Part shown: piece by piece, positions 42,642 through 54,200 of the stretch
Layout of the letters: every line of letters starts with the position of its first letter
Numbering within the stretch: position 1 is the stretch's first letter
NCBI GenBank assembly: GCA_038207335.1
Contig: JBBQZX010000004.1
Coordinates: forward strand, 64,001-128,000
Length of the DNA: 64,000 nucleotides
Source of the DNA: Chthoniobacterales bacterium
GTDB taxonomy: Bacteria; Verrucomicrobiota; Verrucomicrobiia; Chthoniobacterales; Chthoniobacteraceae
Direction of reading: 5' to 3'
Notes under the pieces: model-generated
What the model saw: the letters and a program-made list of their open reading frames with translations, nothing else
What the model was told of the DNA's origin: nothing
The model's database searches: none
Translations under genes and position numbers: made by a program

Positions 42642-45600
42642 TTATTTTTGAATGGTGAAGTCGGGGGACGTGACGAGCAGATGGACGACTCCGCGGACGC
42701 GGTCGCGGATTAGATCGGGGAAGCCGCCGACGATGTTCGCGACGGCATTCGTGTAGTTCACGCCGGTGCTGTTCGTGCGCGTCACGGGCACGAGGAAGGT
42801 GTTCGTCGTCGGGTTCACGATCGCGAACGTGCCGTTGATCGAGGGATTGAAACTGCCGCCGGTCACACCGGAGATGGTGACGGTTTGGCCATTGGGAAGT
42901 CCGTGCGCATTTGCCGTGACGGTAGTGAATCCGTTGAGGCTCACGATCGGGCGCGAATTGCCCCCGGAGGTCGCGGTCGCGCTTGTGAGTGTCGCGGCTG
43001 CGTTCGAGCAACTGACCGGGATCGTGAACGTATTAGTGCCAGTGGCGGTGAGAATGAAAGTGCCAATGATCGTGGGTGAAAATGTGCCCCCGCTGACGCC
43101 CGCGATAGTGACATTTTGCCCCGTCGTGAAGCCGTGATTATTTACGGTCAGGCTCGTGAGCGTGGCGCTGCCGAGGCTCGTGATCGCCTTGCCGTACGGG
43201 AGCGAAGATTGCACGTAGCTTTGCACCACGACCTTCGCCGCGGACGGGAGCTGCCCGGCGAGCAAACGCGTGTTCATCTTATCGATGAACGCGCCGAGAT
43301 TCGTGTCGTGAACCCACGGCAATCCGCCCGGCCCCGCACCCATCCACGGCCGCAGATCGACCATGATGTCGCGCCCGCCACTCTTGAAACTCGCGAGACC
43401 TTTCTGCCCGAGCGCGTCGTTGAAAATCCCGTTGTAGAGGAAATTCACCTGCCGGATGACGTTCGTATCCGACGTGAGCTGGAACTCCGGCGTGACGAGC
43501 CCCTCCTGCGAGAGCACGCCGGGATATTGGTAGTCGGGAAGGTAGAAGTTGAACACGGTCGGCGAACGAAGCGGCGTCTGCGCAAGATCGGTGTCGGTGG
43601 TGCCGACATTCCAATCGCTGTAGGTCACCGCCATCGGACCCGAGCGCGTGGCGGCGTCACTCGCGAGGCAAAGATTTCCGGTGCCACTCGTGGTCGGCAG
43701 CACATTCACCGGAAGCACGGCGAATACCGTGCCACTGCGCGAGACGTTTGCGTCCGAGACGTTCACGGTGAAGGTGTTTGCGGTCGGCGCGGGCACGGCC
43801 GCGACCGTGTAGTCGCCGCTCGTCGGCGTCGCCGCAGAGCTGCTGACAAAATCGAGCCGCACCGTCGCACCCGCCGCGAAGCCGTGAGCGGTGCTCGTGA
43901 CGGTGAGCGTGGTGCCGCCCGTGCCGGACTGGCTGTAGGTCGCGGTCTTCGTATTCGGCCCAGCGAAAACGATCGTGTAAATGTCGCTGGACCGGAACGC
44001 GATTGTGCCAGCGCCATTCGCTAGCGCACCTGTCAGGGCTTCCATATAGATGCTGTTGCCGACGCTGAAGTTGAAGCCATTCGTCGGCTGCGTGAACGAG
44101 ATGATCCCGCCGCCCTGCGTGTAGGCAACCGCAGGCTCAAACGATTTTACTCGGGCCGTGAACTGCGTCGGTCCGATCACCGTGAGGCCGTAAGTCGCGT
44201 CTGCTGGCTGGCCGGCGGTGCCGGACGTGGCCGCCTCGAAATCGAGAAACGCCGAATTTCCATCCGCATAAAGGTGATCCGCGCCGGTCGTGACCGTAAT
44301 AAGGCTGCCCGTCTGCGAGTAGCTGCCTGTCACCGGTGGCGGGGCGGGAAACGCGCGCGCTACCGCGGTCGTGCGCAATACTGGTTCGCGCTGTTTTCCA
44401 TACCCCTGAAACGCTGCCGCGATCGGACTGCGCGCCTCGTAATCGAGCAGGATCGCCTTCATCACAGCCTTCATGTCGCCACGCACCCCACTGCCGTTGT
44501 CGTTGAACGCCGACACGACCCGATACAAATAGCCGCGGCTCGGCGTGCTCGTCACGAACCGCTGGATGAGTTGCCGGCAGATGAACGGCGCGCACGTCGG
44601 GTGATTGAAGAGCGCGTCGTGCGCTTTCCCGAGTTCGACTCGAGTGAGCGCCTGATACGCGGGGTCGTTGATCTGCGCCGTGCTATGCGAGCCATATGGA
44701 TCGAGCGCGACACCACCGATGTTCGGCAGGCCAGGCAGCACGACGTTATTCAAAATGCGCTTCTGCCCTGTGAAGTGATGCGACGGCACCTCGGTCATCG
44801 GGTTTAGGTAATTCGAGCTCGGCGACCAGTTGGTCGGCAGCGGCGTCGTCGGCGTCTGGTAGTAGTTCCAGCCGGTGAAAACGTGAGCCATTCCGGTCAC
44901 GCCATCCTGGTCGTAGGTCGGCACCGGCAGGCCTTTCGAGTTCAGCACGAGCGAGCCGTCTGGGTGCAGTTTGTTCAGCCCGATCGAGAAAAGCTGCATG
45001 ATCTCACGCGCGTAATTCTCGTTCGGAATGAGACCCTTCGCCTTGTCCGGCTTGTCGTTTTTCCGCATGTCCAGGAAAATCCCCATCATCGGGTGCAGGG
45101 TCACGTTTTGCAGGACCGAGCGGAAGTTGCCGAACGCGTCATCGAGGAACATGTCGTAGTAATCCGCATGTCCATTCGCCAAATCCTCGAGCACGCCGGA
45201 CGATGAAATCACCGCGATCTGGCTCAGCGCAAATGCCACCCGCTGCCGGAGTTGATCGGGCGCGGTGACGGAGTTCTTCCACCACGAATTGATCTCCAAA
45301 CTCGTGCTGTAAGTCGGGTTCCCGCCGTTCGTCGTATTGCGGCTGGCGAAGACATAGTCGTAGTGATGCGTCGCGGGCGTCGCGAATTGCGCGTCGATCC
45401 AACCGGCGTATCCGAGCGCCTGAACCGCTGCGATGTCATCCGGCGACGGGCCAAAAGTCGATTGAATCAGGAAGCGCGCGGCTGCGTTTGGATCAGTGTG
45501 ATCGTCGGTCCAATTCGGCGCGGCGGGGGGCGGCGTGAATGTCTGCGAGCCGGCCAGAAGCTGGTAGTAGCCCTTGATTTCCCCGCCGATGTAATTCTCC

Positions 45601-48125
45601 GAGTGGACATTGAAATAGATGTGTCCGGTCTTGATGTCCGCCACGATGTCCGCCGCCGAACGCGAGCCTCTCGTGGTGATCGTCCAGCGGTAATTACCAT
45701 CCGGCAGCTTCGTGGCTTCACCCGGCTCATCGAGGTCGCAGACGACGTTCGCGAGGCCACCCGGCGGGTTCGGAATTAGGTCGTCGTGAACATGCATCCC
45801 CTTGAATTCAGAGGAGAGATTCGAGAAATGGACGGAGACGATCGCGAAGGTTTCATCGGCGCTGAGCGAAATTGAGCTACTGCCCGACGCGAGCGTGGAC
45901 GCGCCGTTTTGCGGCACGAGAGTGGCATAAAAGAGCGTGCCCTCAGTCGATGCGGATGGCGCGACCCACGGCGAGAGAACGTATCCCGGCACGACTTCGC
46001 TCGGTGCCGTACCGCTCTCGCCGGGCTTCAGCCAGCCAACAGAGACATGCCCGCTGCCCGCGCTGTCCTTGTGACGCACCTCCACGTAATAGCGCTGCGC
46101 CGCTTTCAAATAGAGTAGCGGAGAAATCGCCCCATTCGCCCATTGCCGATACGTCGTCGCTGCGGTGAGGTCCGCGCGTTTCAGCAAATTCACCGACTCG
46201 TCGTCATCCGAAATCCAGAGCTCCGCGGCGTCGTCGCCGGTCAGCCAAAATTGATACACACCAGTCGTCGGCGCGGTGATGTAACCGCGCAGCCGCGAAC
46301 CGTAAGGCGTGTTCGAGGTCTGCGGCCCCTCCAGTGCCGCGACTGTCCCCGTGCCGGTCGGTGCGCTGGAAAACGGCACATCGCCGAGCGTCGCATAGCT
46401 CGCCGACCACACATCGCGGGTGATCCCGCCGCCGGTAGCTATGACAGTCAAATCGAGGATCGCCGAGCCACTGCCGTTTGCGTTCGTCGCCGTTAGCGGG
46501 ATTTGCCAATTTCCCGCCACCGTCGGCGTCCCGCTGATCGCGCCCGTCCCCGTGTTGATCGTCCATCCGGGCGGTAAATTCACAGCCGCGTAGCTCGTCG
46601 GCGAACCGCTGGCATTGATTTGATAGGTGAAAAGCCCGCTGTCTTTGATCAGCAGCACCGATAGCGGATCGAGAATCTGCGGTGCAGAGTTCGCAAAAAG
46701 CCGTGTTTGCGGGATCACCTGCTTCGTTTGATTCGCGCTCGACCACGACAGCACCGCCTTCGCAGTCCCCGTCGTATCGTAATGCTCCACCACGATCGGA
46801 TACCGAACGCCCGCCTGCAGTTCGATCGTCCCCGAGTACTCCGCGCTGTTCACCGCCGCCGGGCCCCCCGGCCAGTTATTGATTAAAAGCTGCCCGTTCA
46901 CCCAGACGCGTCCCGCCCGGTTGACATCCGCGTAGATCGAGTAAATCTGCGAAAACTCCGGTAGAATCTCCCCCGTCCAGCGGCACGCGAAATAGTCCAC
47001 ATTCACACCGGCCGCCGGTGAATCAGTCCCCTGCACTGTACCGCTGCCCCACGAATAATTCACCGTCGCATCCACTCGCGACACCGCCGGCGCACCCGCA
47101 AATTTCGCCGGATTCGTGTCCGATATCACATTCCCCCCCGACGCCACTTCGTTCCAAAACTGCGCACTCAGTCCCGTTCCATTGGGCTGAACATTATCCC
47201 CGATCAACACCGCCACCACGCTCGGCGCTCCCACCGTGTAGCCTGCATCCGGCGAGATCGTCACGATCACCGACTCCGTCGATTCCACCAGCGCGTCCGC
47301 TTTCGGAGTCACCGGGAGCGTCGCGCTATTCACGCCGATCCCGAGCGTCACCGACCCACTCAGTGCCACATAATCACTCCCCGCCGTCGCGCCCCCGCTC
47401 ACCGAATAGTGCACCGTGATCGCGTTGAAATTTCCGCTCCGGGTGATCGTGAAAACCCCCACGTCCACCGCCGGAAAACCATTCGCCGGCTCAGTCGCCG
47501 TCGCATCCGTCGCCGCCACGCTCACCACATTTGCCGCCGCGAGCCCCTGCGTGATCGCCGTCAAATCATCCGGTGCGCCGGCCCCGCGCGAGTGCGAATT
47601 ATTCGGGTCGAATCCGAGCACGATCTCCTCCCAATCCGTCACCCCATCCCCATCTGAGTCCATGTCCTGCACCAGCACGCGAAAAAATTGACCCGCCGTA
47701 TCCGGCACCGTGGCCGTCATGTCGCCACCGATCCCCGTCACAACCCCACCGACCACATCCGTCCATTCCGCCTCATCCAGTGTCGCCTTGCTCTGCACCT
47801 GATACCGCTTCCCCGACTGTGTCTGGAAAGTGAGATGATAGCCGTAAACATCGACCGACATCGCCGTCACCTTGATCGCCGAATCCGGCTTCATCGGGTC
47901 CGTCCCCGCCGCCGCCTCCACCGCATTCGAGAGCCCGTCTCCGTCGGAATCCGCCGCCCTGTCGAGCGCCGCTGCGCCATATTTCATCGCCCACACATCC
48001 GGGCGTCCGTCGCTATTAAGATCGAGCACCGCGTGCGCGGGAGCCGTCAAAAGCAGGCTGAAAAACAGAGTGCAGACAAGCGCGTGCGCGAGGCTCCGCG
48101 GGGAGAAAGTGCGGGAGATTTTCAT
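42642..48125 (-). CDS. Giant DUF1800 family protein with Calx-beta-like, PA14 x2, Ig-like and CHRD domains
   Basis: AARFLIQSTFGP, DQLRQRVAFALSQI, PNENYAREIMQLFSIG, PTVFNFY; PA14 (FACRWTGEI, RLRGYITAPTTGVYQFW); CHRD (MHVH...YFNVHSENYIGGEIKG). Confidence 0.88.
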   Translation of the reverse strand: MKISRTFSPRSLAHALVCTLFFSLLLTAPAHAVLDLNSDGRPDVWAMKYGAAALDRAADSDGDGLSNAVEAAAGTDPMKPDSAIKVTAMSVDVYGYHLTFQTQSGKRYQVQSKATLDEAEWTDVVGGVVTGIGGDMTATVPDTAGQFFRVLVQDMDSDGDGVTDWEEIVLGFDPNNSHSRGAGAPDDLTAITQGLAAANVVSVAATDATATEPANGFPAVDVGVFTITRSGNFNAITVHYSVSGGATAGSDYVALSGSVTLGIGVNSATLPVTPKADALVESTESVIVTISPDAGYTVGAPSVVAVLIGDNVQPNGTGLSAQFWNEVASGGNVISDTNPAKFAGAPAVSRVDATVNYSWGSGTVQGTDSPAAGVNVDYFACRWTGEILPEFSQIYSIYADVNRAGRVWVNGQLLINNWPGGPAAVNSAEYSGTIELQAGVRYPIVVEHYDTTGTAKAVLSWSSANQTKQVIPQTRLFANSAPQILDPLSVLLIKDSGLFTYQINASGSPTSYAAVNLPPGWTINTGTGAISGTPTVAGNWQIPLTATNANGSGSAILDLTVIATGGGITRDVWSASYATLGDVPFSSAPTGTGTVAALEGPQTSNTPYGSRLRGYITAPTTGVYQFWLTGDDAAELWISDDDESVNLLKRADLTAATTYRQWANGAISPLLYLKAAQRYYVEVRHKDSAGSGHVSVGWLKPGESGTAPSEVVPGYVLSPWVAPSASTEGTLFYATLVPQNGASTLASGSSSISLSADETFAIVSVHFSNLSSEFKGMHVHDDLIPNPPGGLANVVCDLDEPGEATKLPDGNYRWTITTRGSRSAADIVADIKTGHIYFNVHSENYIGGEIKGYYQLLAGSQTFTPPPAAPNWTDDHTDPNAAARFLIQSTFGPSPDDIAAVQALGYAGWIDAQFATPATHHYDYVFASRNTTNGGNPTYSTSLEINSWWKNSVTAPDQLRQRVAFALSQIAVISSSGVLEDLANGHADYYDMFLDDAFGNFRSVLQNVTLHPMMGIFLDMRKNDKPDKAKGLIPNENYAREIMQLFSIGLNKLHPDGSLVLNSKGLPVPTYDQDGVTGMAHVFTGWNYYQTPTTPLPTNWSPSSNYLNPMTEVPSHHFTGQKRILNNVVLPGLPNIGGVALDPYGSHSTAQINDPAYQALTRVELGKAHDALFNHPTCAPFICRQLIQRFVTSTPSRGYLYRVVSAFNDNGSGVRGDMKAVMKAILLDYEARSPIAAAFQGYGKQREPVLRTTAVARAFPAPPPVTGSYSQTGSLITVTTGADHLYADGNSAFLDFEAATSGTAGQPADATYGLTVIGPTQFTARVKSFEPAVAYTQGGGIISFTQPTNGFNFSVGNSIYMEALTGALANGAGTIAFRSSDIYTIVFAGPNTKTATYSQSGTGGTTLTVTSTAHGFAAGATVRLDFVSSSAATPTSGDYTVAAVPAPTANTFTVNVSDANVSRSGTVFAVLPVNVLPTTSGTGNLCLASDAATRSGPMAVTYSDWNVGTTDTDLAQTPLRSPTVFNFYLPDYQYPGVLSQEGLVTPEFQLTSDTNVIRQVNFLYNGIFNDALGQKGLASFKSGGRDIMVDLRPWMGAGPGGLPWVHDTNLGAFIDKMNTRLLAGQLPSAAKVVVQSYVQSSLPYGKAITSLGSATLTSLTVNNHGFTTGQNVTIAGVSGGTFSPTIIGTFILTATGTNTFTIPVSCSNAAATLTSATATSGGNSRPIVSLNGFTTVTANAHGLPNGQTVTISGVTGGSFNPSINGTFAIVNPTTNTFLVPVTRTNSTGVNYTNAVANIVGGFPDLIRDRVRGVVHLLVTSPDFTIQK

Positions 48126-48278
48126 GGCGGGAGAAACCAATGATCGAGCTTAGGCCGTACCACGACCTTCCTTCTATCTGAGCGAAGTTCGCACCGTCCA
48201 CACGCTATTACAATGTTGAAATCGAGGGCGTTCCCCGCTGCGATTTTTTTGGGATAACCAATCGGTTGCGAGGCGCTC

Positions 48279-51200
48279 TCAAGGCGTCCAGCCGGCGCGG
48301 AGGCGAAGATAGCGGCTGGTCGAGAGCGCGGGGTCGCGGACGGTGACGGGGACGACTCCGCCCACAGCGGGATCGATGGTGACTGTGGCGGTGCCGGTCC
48401 ACGGGGTCGTGTGGGTCTTGGTCGCGATGGTCGTCCATGCCGCAAAGTCGCCGGTGGCCTCGACGGTGTAGGTGATCTCGGGAAGGCCGTGGAGCTGCGT
48501 GGCGAGGGTACTCGCGGGGATGGCGATGTGGAGCTCGAGGTGGCCGTCGGCGGCGACGGTGACGGTCGGGATTCCGATGGTCGCGGGCGTGGAGGGATCG
48601 AGGCCGAGGGCAAATTCGATGAGCGCCGGGATGCCGTCGCGATCGATGTCAGCGGTGGCGATGCCGGAGGCAAAGTGTGCGGTCCAATCGGCGAAAGTGC
48701 CGAACGGCGGGATGATTGCGCCGTCGGGGTCGCCGCCGTTGCTCGCGCTCGCAAGCCATGTCGCGCGGTCTCCCCACTGGATCGCGGGGAGCAGCAGATT
48801 GCCAACGACGAGCGAGCGGCCCGCGCCATCCGCACCGGCCTGCCAGGTGTTGTTGTAGGCGAAGTTCATCGCGTTCGCATCGAACGGCGGCGGGAGCTGC
48901 ACTGCGATGGTTTCGCCCGCGTTGTCGAGCTTGCCGGCGTAGGCGCCCGCGACATTCACGGTCGTGCCGTAGCGGCTGCGGAATTTCGCGAGATTCGAGA
49001 CGACCACAATGTTCTGCCCGGGCGCGAGTGTGCCGCCGGTGAAGGTGAAATCCACGCCGTTGGCGATCTTCACGCCAGTGAGATCGAGCGCGGTCGCGCC
49101 TACATTTCGCAGCTCGAGAAACTCGTACTCGGCGCCGCCGATGGGATTGAACATGATCTCGGTGATGCGCAGTCCCCGGAGGATCGCGAGCGCGTTCGCG
49201 TAGGCCGGATCGCTCGTGCCGTTCGCGAGGCCGCGCGTCGGGAGTTCGTAGAATTGATACGCACCCGTCGCATCGCGGCCCTGCGAGCGGTCAGTGGTCT
49301 GGGGGCCGAAGAAGACGACATCGAGGAGCGTCCCGGCAGCGTCGGCAAGCGCGACGCTCTCCTGCTGCGCGTCGAGCGTGAATGCGAGATGTCCCGGGCC
49401 GTTCGCCGGCTTGCCGTCGGCGATGAGTTTCAGGAAGCCGTTCGCCCCGATGAAGCTGAGCGGCGGGAATGTATGCGCGTTCGGGTCCCCGATGCCGTTG
49501 TTGCTCAAATGCACGCCGGAAATCGAAACCGGCAGCGAGCTCGGGTTTGCCAGCTCGATCCAATCGTTGCTGTAGAGCACGACGCCGCTGGTGAACCATT
49601 CGCTGATTCTCACGCCCGACGAACCGCCAACGGCAACCGGTGCATTCGCGGAGTCGAAGGTCGGCGAACATAGAGCCCATGAGCCATTCCGACCCACGCG
49701 ACCGATTGTGAGGTCGGGAATTTGCGGGCCGAATGTGACGGAATCGACAAGCGCGCCGGAGCGGTAAAGCCGAACATCGTCGCCGTCTCTATCGAGGCTG
49801 ATCGCCGTCTGCGAAGTGGTGACGGTGAGGTATCCGCCCGCGGCGATCATCGTGCCAGCGGGGAATGCGTATTTAAGCGGCTTGGTCGCGTCGTCGGTGA
49901 GCGTGTAGCCGCCGAGATCGACGGCGGCGGCGCTGCCGTTGAAAAGTTCGATCGCGTCTGGCAGGAGCGTGGCGCTGTCGGCTCGGACTTCATTGATTCG
50001 CACGAGCTGCGCGGCGGGATCGACGGTCCACGTCCGGGCGGTTGGAGTGAATTGCGGGAGCCCGAGATAGGCTTTCGCCGGATCGGCATCCTGCCAATTC
50101 CCCGCGAAGTCCTGACCCAGCACCTCGAGCGTGTGTGAGCCCGTACCGAGGCCGGTGAGGCTCAGCGTGGATTGCCGCAGTGTCGGGCCGGTGCGCGGGA
50201 AAGTCGCGCCGGAGCCGACCGGAAGCACCGCGCTCCACACGCCGCCATCGAGACGCCATTTGTAGGCGATGAGTCCGGGGCCGCCGATTTGGAATGTGGC
50301 GGTGTTCGAATTCGTCACGGGCACGGGGCCGCCGTCGATGTAGGCCCATTCCGGCGTGGTGAAGCCGAGGTCGAGTTCTGCCGGACCAGCGCCGCGCGCG
50401 GGCGAGCCGGGCTGCAGGTTGTAGTTCTTCTCCGCCGCATCGACAAAGAGCGGCGCGCCCTGCCAGTTCACGCCAAAGGCCGATGAATAGATGGTTCCCG
50501 GGTGGTTGGCCCCGATGCTCGTGTCAGTCACAGCATCGAGCAGATTCTGGTTGAACTCGATCTTCGTGGTGAAGCTGTTGTTGAACGTATTCGTCGCCGT
50601 CTGGACCAAATCCGCATCGCCGACGAGGCGCGGGACGCCGCTGATGATGTTGTATCCGAAATACGCGCCGTCGCCGTGGCCGGGCGTCGCGCCGTCGTTG
50701 CGCACGAGCATGTTGGCGACGCTGCAATTCACATTCTGGTCGATGAAATATGGCGCGCCCGCCACATAGTGAAAGTCGGGGTGAATGCTGGCGATCGTGT
50801 TGTGCTCGATGATCGCAGCCACCTGCGCCTTGCAGTTGATGACGTGGTCGATGTCGAAGAACAAATTCCGCGCGACCATGTTCGTCGTCGCGACGCCGGA
50901 GGTGCCGGTGCTGATCGCATTCGAGTAGCCGGTGTCGGAGGTATATTGGTCCTTGGTCCCACGCTCGATGATGTTGTTCGCGATGAGTGCGTCGCCCGCG
51001 AGATCGAGGTGCTCGTCGCCAGTCAGTCCGTGGAAATAATTATAGCGGCAATCGAGCGGGAAGGTGACCCCGGCGCGTCCGCCGTCGCCGTCGAAGACGT
51101 CGTTGTGCCCCTTGTTTCCGTAGAAGTCGTTGAAGTAAACGCGGAACCATCCGCCGATCGGAAAGCCGCCGTTGAACGCCGCATTTGCGACCTCCGGGTC

Positions 51201-54200
51201 GGTCGAGGGATACTCGACTTTCAGCGGCTCCTGGCTGTTGTCCGCACCGGTGATGAAATCCGCGGGCGGCGCTTCGGTCGCGTCGAACATGTCTTGGAAC
51301 GAGCAATTCGTGACGGTGAGTTTCACATTGCGGCCGTAGCACCAGCGCAGATGGGAGCCCGTCCACGAGCAATGATCGACCCAAGCCCACGAGCGGATGA
51401 CGCCCAGTCCGCCTTGATTTTCCACGCCCAGCGGCGAGGTGCCCTGCGCGTTCACGAAGTCGCAATACGCGATCATATTTTCCTGCGACATCGAGTCGAT
51501 GATCCGCAGCCCCCCCCACTTCGGCGGACCCGTTTGGACGCCGTTTTTGATCGGGTCGGCATCGCCCGCGGCGATCGTGCCGGGGACATGCGAGAAGACG
51601 ATGTGCTGATCCGCAGTACCCTGGGCGACAATCCGCCCGTTCACGGTCATGCGGACATTTTGATCGAGATAAACGTGCGCGCCCGGCTGGATCACGAGTG
51701 TCGTTCCGGCGGGAATCGTCGCGTTTGCGGTGACGCGATACGGCCCGCCCGCCGCGCTCCATGTGATCGTGCCGCCAGTCGTCGTGCCGGTGAAAGGCAG
51801 CGCGCCCATGTCCACGCGCGTGTTATCCGGGTCGAACGTCGCGGGGTCGCCAGTGTCGCGCGCGGGCGATGCGGCGGTGATGCGGTAGTTGCCGTTCGCC
51901 ACATTCGCAAAGAGCGGATCGGCCGTGATATTTCCCGTGCCGGGCCACGAAAATGCCGAGCCGTCCTCGAGTCGCAGGTCGCTGTAAGTGATGGTCGTAT
52001 TCGCGGAAGAGTAAGGCGAATCGACGAGCACGGGCACCTGCGCCTGCACGATGCAGTTCTTCACATTGAAGACGAGCGTCGCACCGGCGTTGCTCTGGCC
52101 CGCCTTGTTTTGTGTGTAAAAGCCGGTGCTCGCCGTATCGGGATCGCCGCCATTCACGCCGCCGGTATAGCCCCACGGCGCGAGCAGGCTGTCGTGATTT
52201 TCACTCACGATCGTGAGGTTTGTCGCGTTGACCGTGAGCGTGTTGGCGTTCTGGCTTTTGAGAGCGATGCCCTTGTCGCAGCGGATGATTTGCGTGCCGG
52301 AGATGTTCAAGTCGTTGTTCAGCAGCGAGATGCCTTTGTCCCAGCCCTCCCGCAGGATCGAGTCCCGCACGGTGAAAGGCCCGCCGAGGCAATCGATCAC
52401 GTCATCGCCGCAGCGCGCGAAGACGCAGCGGTCGAAGAGAATGGTGCGCGCGCTGCCATTGTGGATGTAAAAGCAATCCTCGTCGTCGGAGAGCAGCGAA
52501 TTGCTCTCGCGGAAATCGGGCAGGATTTGCTGGATATTGCTGTCCTCGACCAAAACGGTGCAGCCGTCCTCGACCTCCGGGCCGGTGATCATGCGCGTGA
52601 TGAGCGAGCGCTGGATTGTGAGGCTGCACGTCCCGCTCGTGTAGGCGGCTTTTGCCGGACCGTCGGCTAGGACGCTGTCGGAGAGGGTCACAGCGCTTCC
52701 GGCGATCCGCAGCATCGGCCCACGGCCGGTGTGCCCGACGCCAGTCGTATGACCGGCATGGTTGAGAAGTGTGTAGCTCAGCGTGCTGGGCTGCGCATTC
52801 GTGAAGACGAGCCCGCCCCAACGATCGGTCGCATTCGTCGCAGTGAAGGTGACGGGATTGGACGCGGTGCCTTGCGAGTTCAGCGCGCCGTTCACGACGA
52901 TGCGTTTGCCCGCGGTGCTGCCCGCCGTCGCATCGCCGTCCATGAGCACATGCGTCCCGGCAGAGATATTTAAAATCCCACCGACCGGCACCGTGACATC
53001 GCCAGTGACGTGGATGATCCCGCTCCAAGTCGTCGTGCCCGTCGCGAGCGCACCGCTCACATCGGTCATTGCGGGGCTCGCGCCGATCGAGGTGAGCGCC
53101 TTTTGCGCGCTGAATCCCGCGCCCGTCGCGGTGAGCGTGAAGTTGCCGGGATCAGCGGATGGATAGCTCGCGATGAGGTCGGTGTCGAAGCTGATGTCCG
53201 GGCTCGTGTCCGCCGTATTGTGGACTTCAACGGCGATCGTGTTGTCACCCGCGACGAGCAAATTGAGCGGGATCGAATACTCCTCGATCGTGTTCTCATT
53301 CGGCGTGGAGGTTGTGGACCGGTTGAATGTGCAGAGCGCGTTATACGCCATGTTGGCGGTCATGCCGCCGGTGATCGCGGCCTGGGTGCCATTGACGTAA
53401 ACGATGGCGCCGTCGTCGCACTTCATGTGGATTTTTACCGCCGCATACGCAGGCAGCGGAGTCGGCAAAGTAAAGTGCCGGCGGAAATAATACGTCCGAA
53501 ACGGCTGGCTCGTGGTCGTGTTTCTCGCGACGACCGTCGCCTCGTCTCCGTCGCCCACGCCCAGCTCGGCCGGGCCGAATTTCCACGGCGCGGCGCTCTC
53601 GGCGGCGAAAGTTTGCGCGCGCCACGCAGTGCCTTGGTTGCTGCCATCGTCGAGATAGAGCCACGTCGCGCCCCTCGCGATAATCGTCTGGTCTGGCTGC
53701 GACGATGAACCGCCCACTGTCACGAGCGCCGCACCCGTGCCGTTGTAAAGCTGCACGGGGGGCAGCGTCATTCCGCTCACGTTCGAGCTGAGAGCGATGT
53801 TCGCATCCCACACGCTGCGGTCCAAATTCCCCTGTCCATCGAGCAAATCGACGCGCGCTAGAAATGGCACTCCGGGGATGAAACTCGCCGGCGCAGTCAG
53901 CCGCAGCGAACCAGCAGTGAGCGAGCCAGCCACGCCGACGCTCGAGCCCGTATTGTAGTAAACATCGGCGTTCAGCGCGGTCAGCACCTTTCCCGCTCCC
54001 CCGGGCGCGTCCCAAAATTTCACGACGACCTTGTTCAAGCCGGGCTTCAGCACTAGGCCGCCCGCGGCGGGCACCGCGAGGCTCCACGTGCCCGCGGTCG
54101 CGACGGGCGATGTCGTCGTGCGATACGACAGATTCGCGAGTTGCCCATTGACCGTGATCGAGTACGTCTTCGCGACGTTGAACGTCCCGCTGAACGTAGC

